Assembly: GCF_902459465.1 (NCBI RefSeq)
Contig: NC_047066.1
Coordinates: forward strand, 7,192,001-7,256,000
DNA from: Asterias rubens
Taxonomy: Eukaryota
Reading direction: 5' to 3'
Length of the DNA stretch: 64,000 nucleotides
A program made the position numbers and the translations under genes. Below, one piece after another: positions 24,401 through 36,566 of the stretch; the first letter of the stretch is position 1; the number at the start of each line of letters is the position of its first letter. The notes beneath the pieces were generated by a model. The model worked only from the letters and a program-made list of their open reading frames with translations. It had not been told where the DNA came from and did no database searches.

Positions 24401-25032
24401 GCGATCTCGTTCCATATCCACGCTAACCTTGTGTGGTGCAGGGTGGAAAGGCTAGACCGCGCCTGTCAACTCCGTAAATATGCAATCATTATTTCGCCAT
24501 AAAATAGCCATCCATCATGTTGTGTTCTGAGTGTGAGGGATCCGACATCCAACATGACACGGTATACATTTATTCACAATTTTCTTTCTTGTTTGTTGTG
24601 AACAATATTGACCATTCCCCATTCACAACAATAAGTGTGTTTCAGTATCATTGACCAGACGGCCTGCAGGCGTCGACTCTAGGAACGGGGATAAACCCAA
24701 CAATCTTTTCTTCTTTTACTTGTTAAACACGGGTTGCCTTTTTCGTTCGCCCTCCGGCTTCGCATGTACAGTTTGGAACTGGTGTTTCCCATTTCCCCCC
24801 CCCCCCCTCTCAGTTTCTGTTCAGTGCGGCATCTCAATCACCCCTTTGAAAATGTTTTATGGCATTTTCTCTTTTGTTGGGTGGAAAATATATATCAACT
24901 TTTTCTCTTTTGTGTTTAAGGTGTCGAAAATTGTCAGATTTGTCAATTGTCATGGTCTGAAATTGAAGTCGGCTCGTTTCATTAAAAGGACAGAAATACT
25001 TTTCAGCAGTTTAGTGCCTTTTGTACGGGGGC

Positions 25033-25170
25033 TTTAGGGGCATTTGCTAAAACCACGGCTCACTGGCTCCGGGTAAGTTTGATGTGTTGGGTGAAGCACT
25101 GTGCGAAATGCATACTAGTGCATCAAAAAAACCAGGAGCCGGAGATTAAACCTAGGTTTGGAAAAGGCCT
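25033..25170. mobile_element. Small MITE with imperfect TIRs (possibly PIF/Harbinger-like)
   Basis: ggggcatttgctaaaacc..ggctcc ... ggagcc..aaacctaggtttggaaaaggcct; the two ends are partly complementary. Confidence 0.35.
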
Positions 25171-28100
25171 TCATGGCTGCCTGGAAGATCCTGGCTACAG
25201 TCGCCCTCTCTCTCTCTTTCTCTCTCTGAAATTTTGTTTTGTTTATATGAATGGAATAAAGAACCACATTCTCACGGGGGGGGGGATTTTGCAACAGAAA
25301 GATTGAACAACCAGCTCATGAAAGTCATCAAACATACCACAGGCAAATCGCCCGAGCAGTGAAATTTCCCATTTCCAAAGACACTGCATCAGCCACAAGA
25401 AAAAAAACTCGTACATGGCTAGGCATTAATTTAGTTTCAACTGGGGGACACTTTTTCTTCATCATACCGCATCAAAATGAAGGGAAAAAAATAAAAAGAA
25501 AAAAATCACCAGCATAGTGTAATAACCCTCATCAGTTTTCTGCCCACCTTCCCATCCAGCCCGCGATCTTGATTTATTCCTTTCACTAACCAATGTCAAT
25601 TTGGCATGTTTGCCCAACACATTTAATCTCAACCCCAGAATGGACCTAATTTCTAAAAGATACGGTCGCTTTTCTTGGTGTATAGCGAACCCAAGTTGTA
25701 CATTGACTCGCTATCACTGTCGAGTTACCCGTAAAACGTGACAACTGGCGGGTTGGGGGACCGGGGCGATCGTGGGGACACAACACGTCCCCGTGGCACG
25801 GAAGGCGAGATTGCTCGTGCGATATACAAAAAAAAACAGCAAGGGTTAGAAATCGAAAGAGAGTGTGTCTCTCGCAACGTGAGGTGGGTGAAGAATGCCT
25901 CATAGTCATTATAATCACACTTAAGTCAACCCACACTAATATATTATTAGGTTTACCAACACTATACCAAGTCCACTAACACTCCAAAGTCCAGCACAAA
26001 CCCCAGGTGTTTTTTTCTTCAGTTCTAAAACTCACATAAGTTCTCGAATCCGGAACTTAAAATTCCAACGCTAACATAAAACCACTGTAGTCTCCTATAC
26101 TACTCTCAAGGCTTCCCTCATCATGTATTATAATAGGCTTAGTTCCGGCATTTACAGTTTGAAAAAAAAGTGATCCTCAACCCCAAAATGTCACAGATAG
26201 ATCATAGTTAACTTATGCTCAACACAGTAACTACTACAGACTCAGAGGTAAGAGAGAGATTTTTATTTGGATCTCACAAAATGTATTTCGATGTCTTAAA
26301 ATTTGCCTTTTTCAGTATTACAATGTAAGCCAACTGGTTGTAAAAAATATGTGAAAACCGGAAGTGGACATTCTTGGTTAAGATACTTGTTTTAATCTTC
26401 GTTTTTGCCTTCGACTTAAAATGTCCCAACTTCCAAGAACTCAATGTCACTAGCACACAACCCACACATTATCTAGCAAAAGAAAAATAGCTTCTAAAAC
26501 ACAAATATATCTTCGCATCAATGGACGTAATTTAAAATCTTCTCATACAGCAGGCAGGTATACCCTCTATCGCTCAGTTTAAAAACACATCGATACATAC
26601 GAAGGAGTAAATTACCAAAAGTCAACTTTTAAATACTGCCACCACCCCCCCCCCCCCCCCCCCGCCTCACCCCTTAGGCAGTGATTTGCTATTTCAACAG
26701 CAACCGAAGCAGAACAAACTGCAATGTAAACGATGATCAGAAAACAGGTGAGCGTGAACACTTCAGGGGAGTTACGTTTCGGTTTGACATTCCAGTCAAT
26801 CAGAAAGGCCAGCCAATCTTTATTCTGCATTTCGTACGCGACGTGTGTTAATATTAATCAAGCCAGAACCTCAAAACAAAGTGGAATTATTGGTAAGTAA
26901 ATTAGAAATGCTTACTTGAAACAAACTTCATACGGCAAACCATCGCGCAAGGAGTCTTATACTATACTATATGATAGTTATGGTACATGTACGTTTATTT
27001 TCCACTGTGCACAACTTGTTCAAATTTAAGTGCTATTCTAAGATTGATCAAATAAATCCAACATCAATTTTTTGGTAAATTAAATTACTGACTTATTGTA
27101 TAGCTTTTCAGAGCAGCTGGTCCATCAACTTAACCCCAGATTGACTACATTAAGTGTCATTATTTTTTCTATTTTGTCATCAAAAAGTGAAATATTCTGA
27201 GACAAAATTTATTCACTTGATTTATCAACAACTTTCTATTTGAACACGATGGTGTCAAATCTCGTCACTCAATCAAACTACTTTTTAACATTTCAAGAAC
27301 CATTTCCATGGATTTAAAACTGATTATTTTATTAACAGTTTCTGTCCTGGCCTATATCCCTCATTTTTCTTCCTTCCATTTGTGCACGAGTGGGAATTGG
27401 GGAATTCCGCTTCTCTTGAAAAGGTTTACTAATTAACCTAAATATGAACAGGGCGAGTACAAAAACAACATCCATCGTAAAAATATGTAAAAAATATGAA
27501 AATATGTAACCTGTCGTCACGGGGCCATGGTGACGAGCTTTCTGTTTAAAACTAACACGTGGGAATCTGTTCACTTATTAGTAACAGCAGAAAAAAGGAA
27601 AGATGCCCTACTTCCCCCAAATTGTGAAAAAGAACAGCTTTTTTGTGACGAGTTTGACCTGATGAAGAAAACAAGCTTAGATCTACAAACATATCGCGGA
27701 TGTCCCGTGAAGTCAGCGATGATGGCATGGGGCTGCCCTCCCGTAGTACAGACCCTCAGAACGGAAGCGCAACACCGCCGGGCTTAGGCCTGCTTTCAGG
27801 CCCTTTTTACTTCAACTGATGCGTGCATGAATGTGGCTGGGGTTATTTCTCTCTTTTTTTAACGACGCAAATCCGCGGTAAAACGAGCCTTATCATGGTT
27901 TGTCGTTTCAGAAGGCGACACAAGTATTTTGATGTTTTAATGCAGCATGACATGTTACAAGCCACTAACAATTCTTCGGAATCTCACAAGGGATTTAAGG
28001 GAGATTTTATTTCTCAGGAAAGATTTTGAAATTCCCCTCGTACTTATTTCTGACTACTACTAATACGTTGGGTTGTACATAATTAAGACTCTATTCAAGG

Positions 28101-28206
28101 AATTTCCTAATCCTGCGCAGCCTTCCTGAACATGAAGGCCACCGGGACCCAGGAACAAAGGATGTGATAATATGCCATAATATAAAAATAAAGATTGTGT
28201 ACTCAC

Positions 28207-28474
28207 GAAGCCATGCTTGTCAGAGATGTTATTGGTGAGTTTGAGCTTGTGGAACGAGACTGTCTTCTGCATCCATTGCTCTCCAGTGCTGGGCGAGTCC
28301 GGGTGAATGTACATTCTCTTGGGCATCTCAGGGTCGGCTTTACCGGCAACCATCCAGCGGGAATTGTGGAACTTGTAACGGCAGTCGTCGGCGGCCACGA
28401 TGTCCATCAGGAGGATGTACTTGGCTTTCTTGTCCAGGCCAGAAACCCTTACTTTGAATGAGGGGAACATCCGC
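28207..28474 (-). CDS. tbx2/3: Tbx2/3 coding exon 2 (T-box core)
   Basis: Acceptor tttttag|G, then [89 protein letters not shown]. Donor TTC|gtgagt, phase 0. The residues are diagnostic of the Tbx2/3 subfamily. Confidence 0.97.
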
Positions 28475-31400
28475 CTAAAAAGTGAGGGGGAAAGAACAAA
28501 CGAAGGGGTTAGAATCTTCAATATTGAGGGTTTGACACACGACATCCACAATGGGGACTTATCTGTACACTCAAGTAACAAAACTTTTCAAATAAAACTT
28601 GTATGTTTAAGTGTGAAGGATGTAATTATTTTGAAGTGCCGAAATCACAGATTTTGAGTTTGGTTTTTGGCTACATAACAACTGTTTCTCTTTTTTTCCC
28701 CTATATTTTGTTTCGATGGGGCAAACTCTTAAAACAAGTTAAGTTTGTAAACTTTAAGATAATACATTTAACACTTAGTTTTTAATTCAAAAAATCTGGA
28801 TAAATATGGAAACGTTTTATGAAAATAAATTGGGCAGTGATGACAGAAATTGGTCATTCATATCGTTCCAATACACAAAGAGCAAGGACATACAGATTAG
28901 AATATTCCTTGAATGTATTGTGGACATTTATTTCCCATGAAACAAAGAACAACACCCAACGTCAACATACTCCCTTCCCGTATTTTAAGCTCTATCAATA
29001 CACAATAAAGACAATATATTACACGTGGCGTTTCTTTCTCTAACCATAACTGTACCATCCATTGTCCCCAATGTCACACTCTTATGTGAGTGATCGTCTC
29101 TTTTATTTAATGATATTTAGAACAATCAGACGCAATATTTATCCGTGAGAGTTGTGAGATATATGGATAGGAATGGCCTCCATTCGCGTGCCAAACTTAC
29201 AATTTCTAACAATGGATTCTACCACAGTTTCTAAACATGTGTTTTGTTGGTTAGAAATAGTTCACACTGTTGAATTGTTCAGTGGAATTGATTGCTTTTG
29301 TTTTGTTTTTCCAAACTGACACAATTATCAATTGTGTTTTCCCAATGTCGTCGCCCCAGTTCTTGTAACTGACTTCTGAAATGTTGTCCATACGGAGAGA
29401 AAACAACAAAATGGGGGCACCAGCATCGGCCACTTATCTTGATTTCTTAGTAATTGCTCTAAATTTAATTTGCTTATCTAAGTAATTGGTGAAATGAGTG
29501 CAGATAGATCTCTTTCACCTTGATTGGCTTTTCGGCTAATCAGGGTAAAATTTCCACTTCAATCACGAAATCCCCAAAACCAAAAGAACAACGTTTTAAC
29601 TGTATCGTATTTCAAATTTAACAACCGGGCAGTTCAAATATTAACATGAAATGGCCATTAGATTAGCATATGGAAGTGCGACGAACTGAAATAGCATTGC
29701 AATTTTTTCCTAAACTAATTCATTGTTGATAATCTAGCTAGTCATTCTTAATATTAACGCAAAACAACTAATGAACGTTCGTATTACATGCCCCGTAGGC
29801 GAGTGCTTGTTACACAAACCCCCAAAAGATAATTCGCCCATGACTGCAAAAAAAAAAACTGCTCACCGGGGAGGGGGAGTCTGTTCTCGGGTGACGGGAC
29901 CATCGTCGGGAAGGTAAATTGAAGTCTCCCCGTAGTTTAGAATAACTCATTTAAATTTTGCTTTAATTAGGAGTAATCGGTGTAATTTACAATATATACA
30001 AACTAACGATGTGTGTGTTGAAGTTGTCTTAACCACCGTAATTCGTGTTCGCGATGTACCGTAACGAACCATGATCGAACCAAACTAAAATACCTTTCTC
30101 GGCTGTAGCCGAAAAGCGACACTGCAAAAATCAAGCGACACTTTTGGGGGCAAAAATGCTGTTACTTTCAGATTAAACAAGATATATTATTTCCAATTCC
30201 CGTATTCTTGTTCATAATGTAGTGTATCGGACCCAACTCAAAGTCTTTTGTCTATACAGTCGAACAGCGACTAGGCAGCATAACCAAGAAACTATGTATA
30301 AAGGTACACTTTTTGGGGACAAAAATGCTCAACTTTCAGGTTATACAAGATATATATTTCCAAATCCCGAAGTTTGGCAATCCCACCATTTTCATCTGGG
30401 ACGTGGGAAGTTTGGAACGTATCCCATTATTGTGCACACGTAACATTTCTCAACGCAATTTTTTGTTATCATCAGTTAAACCAGTTCAGTGTTCCATTTA
30501 ACATGGTTATTAGATATGCTATCCAAAAAAAAAAATTGTTTTACACTATTTGATTATCAATTAACCTGTTTAATTTTTTCAGCGTATCGAGTTGGGAGGA
30601 AAGGGTAAACTTTACACCCTTGAACCATCTGTAGGTTTTCCCTTGAAGATAACTCGATTAAGATCACCATTCAAGAGTAATCGAGATATTTTGTGGGTTT
30701 GTTTCTTCCCTTCATTTAATTGATTTGTACGAGCAACGGTAGTGGGAATTTATTTTTAAGTAGTATCTGGTGTCACTTTAGAAACGTTCATTAAGTCGCA
30801 TCCATGTGATAAATGAATGCATCTTCCATATAACAAAAACAAGAAAAAGTTTTCATTTCTAGTTTAGTTTTTGGGGGAGTGTAACATTTCTGCGAATTAC
30901 ATCTCTCGTAAGTTTGGCTACGGTTCAACCACATTAGATAACCACTTGGTAAAGCGAATACATAATACCCCAACAACAGTAACAAACACAACTTATAGTC
31001 CACATGACATTGGCTTCTATAACGAAGTTCATGGATCATTTGATACTTTCGGATTGTGAATTTAAAACATCGTAAATTGTAAATTAGCATTCAGAAACAC
31101 TACAATAAAAAAGGAGAACATTTGGGTGATATATGAAGGTCAGACAAAAACAGAGGATATATTTGAACTGAATAAAAAACTAGTTGTTGGTTTGGTTGAG
31201 ATAGACAGGGCGCCTATCTGATGCTATCAGACACCGTAGCCCCTTGCCTCGGGCCAGGTATATATCAATCACGCTAACCCGTGGCAAGAGAAAAGGAGTT
31301 GATGGATGATGAAGCTAGGTTATTCTGGCCCTGGCTTTTATACCAACGATACGGGAAACTTCTTGTACTCGAAACACAAAAAGTACGACGAGAAAACCCA

Positions 31401-31810
31401 ACACAATTCAATTGTCTCTGGATATGTGTGTGGCACTTGGGTCGTGTTTGTTGTTTATGGATGATTGTGTACATCGTGAACTAAACAGCCAACAGCTGTG
31501 TTACGGCGTGCATAGACTGCGAACTCAGTGCGTTGACGGTAAAAACATGAAGCACGTGGGAAAAATCTGAATGATTGTGTAGTGAATTGTCCACAACAAC
31601 GTCTCCCTTTGAGTACATTTAAAAAAATATGATTACAATTTTAAAATTGTGCTTACTTCTGTCCGGTTGCTAAATTAACTACGGTATAACTGTTTTATTT
31701 TAAAGCAAAAACTATGTAAGGGCTCAGTGAAACTGATGAAAATGTGCTTTATGAGACTTCAACTCAAGTTTACGGTGGTTATGATTTGAAGTTTGTTTGT
31801 GTGAACTTAC

Positions 31811-32169
31811 CGTCCGGATTTGGTGATGACCATCTCTGTTCCTCGTTTGTGGAATTGATCCCAGAGTTCCTTGGATTCCAGTGTAACCTGTGGGTCGTCT
31901 GTGTCGTTTTCCTGGGCCTCGATGCCGTGAATCTGCTGCATGGTGTGCCGGTGGTTGTGCGCAGCGAGTAAGTCCGCCTGCAGCGCCGTGTACGGGTTGT
32001 GCAGGTCGCCGAGTTTAGGCAAGTGGAACCCGGCCGTCATGCTCCCGGCCGCGGTAGCCCCGGTCAGGTTAGGTCCTCGGAACACCCCCGGGAAGAAGTG
32101 AGGCTGTGTCAGCAAAGAATTCACGGAGAAGTCGCTGAGACGAGGGGGTAGCATCGGTGCGTAGGCCAT
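31811..32169 (-). CDS. tbx2/3: Tbx2/3 coding exon 1 (N-terminus and start of T-box); in-frame upstream ATGs at 32205 and 32226 could extend it
   Basis: Translates MAYAPMLPPRLSDFSVNSLL...DDPQVTLESKELWDQFHKRGTEMVITKSG-R, the canonical T-box start. ATG at 32169 has strong context (GCCATGG). Donor CG|gtaagt at 31810, phase 2. Confidence 0.93.
32110..32130 (-). other. eh1-like (Groucho/TLE-recruiting) peptide FSVNSLL in the Tbx2/3 N-terminus
   Basis: TTC TCC GTG AAT TCT TTG CTG matches the eh1 pattern F-S-[IV]-x-x-[IL]-[LM]. Confidence 0.65.
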
Positions 32170-32399
32170 GGCTGGAAGGGTGGAGGGTAACTCTGCTTGC
32201 TTCATGCGAAAGGAAAGTCCAGGCATTGAGTTCAGTGATGTGTGGGGGTTTCTTAGTGCCGGCCGGTACCGTCACGGCACGGGCTGACTGAGATAGGAAA
32301 CTGCCGGTCTTTCTCCTCTCTCTCTCTCTCTGCTGCTTGCCTAGGCCAGCTCAACACCACGGCGGCTAGCTGGCTCGGCTGACTCCAGATTACAAATCA

Positions 32400-32540
32400 C
32401 ACTGTCCAGCTGTGAGCCAACGTAACTTGACTGGAGTAGTCTTTGGCTGACTGTGAAGAGAGACGAAGTCCCGGCTGGAGCAATGAGCAACGCAGCTTGA
32501 TTGGTTATTTGGCACGAAGTGTCCAATGGGAAACCCACTG
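32400..32540 (-). promoter_or_regulatory. Candidate Tbx2/3 core promoter
   Basis: CCAAT boxes at 32500-32504 (minus) and 32523-32527 (plus). Inr-like CAGTC near 32450. GC-rich leader with a GA repeat down to the ATGs. TSS position is inferred only. Confidence 0.35.
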
Positions 32541-33379
32541 TTCAGTAGAGTCGAGATGTTCCGTGTTTTAGGTCGAAGTAGATCTTTATTCCGAAAGGCC
32601 TCGACCTGTAGTAAGATGTGAAGCGATGTTAAATAAAAAAGCAAAGCTTAAAAATCACTCGCTATAGTAGAAATGAAAACGTAAACATTGACAGATATCG
32701 AGGAAAAATCCAGAGCCGTCATATCTGCATAACTTCAAGTGTGTTCTCTCACAGTGGACTGTAAAGAGCTCTCCATCCACGGTAGGTCTATCCTCAGTTA
32801 AAATACCGGCTATATTTTGTCCCTGCGTTCCCGGCCGAATGACCTACTACGTAATTGCTAGCCAATTACTAGTAAGATACTGTTATAAAGCAGCATGTGC
32901 GGATCGGACAGAGGCAGGCGGCAGCAACGCGTAGAGACACCGCACACATGCACACTACTAACTACTACCGTGTATACAGCTTTGAACACCGGGCTTAGAT
33001 CTGTGTGGTGACTGGTTGATTTACCATCACAGTGTCATCACGGACAGCCGTGTACGGCGCTTGTTTGGCACGCCCCTAACTCTGAAACTGACGGCGGGAG
33101 GTGTCAAAATCCTGTGCCCATCTTTTATGCTCGCGTCTACTCACTTGAATTATTTTTTTGTCATCATCAATGCAAGTTTTTTTTCTTCTTCTTACGCAAA
33201 TTATCTCCGGGTTAGAGCAACACCACTGTGACTTGTCTCCCCCGAACACAAAATCGGGAGGGTTGATAAATTTGGGAGATTCAATATTATTAAAAGCTTG
33301 TTGTAGTGGTCTATACTGAGGCTCAATTTTCTTTCCTATGGCTAAACCGATCTGTAGTTATCCCTTCCCCTATTGTAAT

Positions 33380-34450
33380 ATTTATAGCATGGACCATTGG
33401 AGGCGGGCCTGTTAAAAGCGTGAAAATGATGCTGAGACTTGAAAGGTGATTAGCTTTTGGAGCATTCCATTTCGACGCAAATGCCTAAGTACCGCTGGCG
33501 CCAGCAGTGTGAGCACACACAATGAAAGCTGTCTGGTATCTGTTGTCATTCACCCAACTGTACCATGGCCCCGCAGTCCGCATAATCACACGAACCCGCC
33601 CACATGGAGGTTCGCTAACCGGGCGTTCAGGGAGGACTTGCTACTCTGTGTCGTTCTACTACACGCTACCGGGACAAAAATTCAGGGGTGAAAAATAGAG
33701 GAGGGAAATATGCAGAGAAACCTCTTTAAGTTTCCTTGATTGGTCGGGACTGAGTCCTCATTTTGTATTCAGACAAGCCCATTTATTGAAATAGCATGTG
33801 GTGGGCTGCATAGTCAGAGGTTACGGTATGTGAATCGCTGGCCGTGTGTGCATAATGCATGTGCGGTGTCAACGTAGTTGTCCATGTTCAGGGGCCAAAG
33901 TAAAGAGACTACTGCTTTTTATGATCGGCGGTCTCTTTGGCTTGGTGTTTTTTTTTTTTTTTAGTTTTAAATATTTTTCCTGTAGACTTTGTCAGCTCAA
34001 AAAGCTCAAATTTTTCGTTCAAAATATTACCTATATTATGATGTTTCTGTAAAAAAAAAAAAAAAGAGACTAAATTGATCGTTTTGTTGGGTGAGGAAGG
34101 ATGGTGTCGGTGGGGAGAAATACTGATCAATACCGGGGTCCCGAAAACAGAGGGGTGCCACAGGGGTATTAACGTCGCTGAAATCGCACCACTTGAAATC
34201 CTTCTGAGGGGGTGTCTGTGGCCCAGAGAGGGGCTATTATCAATAATTACACCCCGTGATTGACAGTTGCCTCGCGACTCTTCCGCCCCTGGCCAATCAG
34301 CGCCGAGCTGTAGATAATTGTTGTTGACTGTCTAAAGTGTTAACATAATTAATAAGCGCCGGGGAAAACACGCGAGGTGTGAAAGTCCCTTTGTAGGGGT
34401 CTGCGCCGCCTATTCACTGTACACAACCACTAAACCGTACTGGCGCCAGC
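33380..34450. promoter_or_regulatory. Proximal upstream regulatory block
   Basis: CTGGCGCCAG palindromes at 33495 and 34440. TGATTGACAG at 34257-34266, GC box at ~34283, CCAAT at 34293. T-box-type sites AAGCGTGAAA 33416, AAGTGTTAAC 34335 and AGGTGTGAAA 34375. No transposon inserts seen. Confidence 0.5.
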
Positions 34451-35866
34451 CTTACCCAATGGGTGATTAATTTCAACGAAAACATATGGGAATCGGTGAA
34501 TGGTTTTCAACCGCCGGACCAAACCTGCCTGTGTGAAGAAGAACCTATTGTTTCAGACCCAGTTCCAAACACGTCTTTTCAGGGGGACAGTGAGAGAGCA
34601 TTCAGGGTCCCCCCCCCTCTTTCATCCTCTCCAGAAGGATTTTTATTGGGAAGTTAATAGAATTTCGATCGTTGGGGGGGGGGGGGGGGGGCGTGTAGCG
34701 TTCGCAATCGGGCTGTGACTGTGGTAGACCCGGCCGGGTTACTGCTGCGCGACCACGGCGGGGGCCGGGGGCCTTGGGTGCATAGAGAGGACCGGACCAG
34801 TTGCCGAGGTGGGGGGAGGGGTTATCGCAATTTTTACGGGGTAGTCGCTAGGCCCGCTGGCACCGTCTATCACTCCACGGCGTCCACGTTATCTTGGTTA
34901 ACTGATTGGGACATGTCATTAGTATTTCTTTTACACACAAAACCAGTGTGGTCTGTTTATGTAATCAAGTCAAGCGGTAGTGTTGTTTTTTCCCTTCTCG
35001 ATAGCTTGGACTCCATACGAGGTGAAGACGGATCGCTGATAACGGGTGGTGTTATTATCAGCACTGGGGTTGTATGCGCAGTGGCACATAAAACAAACAT
35101 CTCATTAGTGAAGAATTATGAGGCTATATGCCGTGATTCGTGAAGACCGCCCTCACTCGTCGCTTAAAGCAAGCCAGCGGATAAATTGAATATTATTATT
35201 AGTATTCATATAGCAATATCACTTTATATGTATGTGTTTCTGTATACATGTAGTATACAAGTTTGTACCATTTTAAAAGCAAGGTCTGGGAGGGCACATC
35301 TTTTTGTATGACAGTTTGTATACTTTTACCTTTCCCTGGACGGCCTCTGCTTGTTACAATTATTGTATTGTCCGAATAATTAAAAATAAATTAACATTGT
35401 GAGCAGTTGTGCAAACTGCAGATATTTTATTTTAGTATGCTCATTTATGATTCTAGCCAACCGATATAATGTTCAGCTGAAGAAACATACACCATTAACT
35501 GTTATACATAATTTTAATAGTTTTATTTGTGGCCATTATTCCTCAATATGGTTTTTAATTTGTCTTTCCTTCTAAGTGAATAATGCTGGTTGGGTTGTTT
35601 TATATCTACCATGATGTTATGGGAATGAATAATGGATGTTTTTTTTTTCAGAGATAAAATAAAGAGCACGTGTCACATTAAATAGCACAGGCCTTTTGGT
35701 AATTCATTCTAAACACTTGGTTTGCGTATGAGCATGCTTTACTCAAAAAGGTAGCCATTATCTGTATAGTGTTATTTTAAAGTTTTCCTTTAAAGTATAA
35801 CGTCGTTAAAAAAAATATATATTTATTTATTGTTTTCCGACACACAAAACGAGTGTTTTGTTTCAA

Positions 35867-35905
35867 ACCATAGAGTAAGGACAGAGACTGTCCTTACTCT
35901 ATGGT
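35867..35905. repeat. Perfect 18-bp inverted repeat with a 3-nt spacer
   Basis: ACCATAGAGTAAGGACAG-aga-CTGTCCTTACTCTATGGT. Confidence 0.95.
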
Positions 35906-35963
35906 CAAACCGCTTTCCAACCAAAACGATCAATGGTATAAATGCAAACCATTAAACCATAAG

Positions 35964-36070
35964 GGCATGACGTTTCGACCCTAGCAGAGTCTTTCTCGAA
36001 CGAAAATTACTCTGCTAATCTTTCTCGAATGAGACAAAAATTATAAGGTCGAAATGTCAGACCACTAACA
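35964..36070. mobile_element. Second Penelope-like hammerhead relic (inverted arms)
   Basis: gcatgacgtttcgaccctagcagagtctttctcgaa ... ggtcgaaatgtcagaccactaac. The minus strand reads GAGAAAGACTCTGCTAGGGTCGAAACGTC. Confidence 0.55.
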
Positions 36071-36187
36071 CACAATTTCGCATAAAAAAACGTCTTTGTT
36101 TTCTTCGACCAAAGAAATATTGTATTGAGGGCTTTCGAAGGGAGTGATCAGCCGAAACAATAATGAAATGAGATAATCCGTACTTAA

Positions 36188-36566
36188 AGGCAGTGGACAC
36201 TATTGGTAATTACTCAAAATAGTTATTAGCATAAATCCTTACTTGGTAGCGTGTAATGGGAAGAGGTTGATGGTATAAAACATTGTGAGAAACGGCTCCC
36301 TCTGAAGTGCCATAGTTTTCGAGAAAGAAGTAATTTTCCACGAATTTGATTTCGTGACCTAAAATTTAGAACTTGAGGTCTCGAAATCAACCATCTAAAC
36401 GCACACAACTTCTTGTGACAAGGGTGTTTTTTTCTTTCATTATTATCTCGCAAGTTCGATGACCGATTGAGCTCAAATCTTCACAGGTTTGTTATTTTAT
36501 GCATATGTTGAGATACACCAACTGTGAAGGCTAGTCTATGACAATTACCAATAGTGTCCACTGCCT
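36188..36566 (+). mobile_element. Kolobok-type MITE family 1, subfamily A, full length (379 bp)
   Basis: TTAA|AGGCAGTGGACACTATTGGTAATT ... AATTACCAATAGTGTCCACTGCCT|TTAA: perfect 24-bp TIRs, TTAA duplication, AGG...CCT termini. Confidence 0.9.

Noticed and set aside
24660-24685. cctgcaggcgtcgactctagg resembles the pUC polylinker (PstI-SalI-XbaI)
   Set aside because: It has an insertion and mismatches, and there is no flanking vector sequence. Coincidence, not contamination.
28060-28581. 173-aa ORF read as a single-exon gene
   Set aside because: Only 28474-28207 is T-box-like and it is bounded by splice sites. The flanks are intronic read-through.
32265-32278. 14-nt match ggtaccgtcacggc between the 5' leader and 63565-63578
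   Set aside because: Several 14-mer matches are expected by chance in a 64-kb self-comparison.
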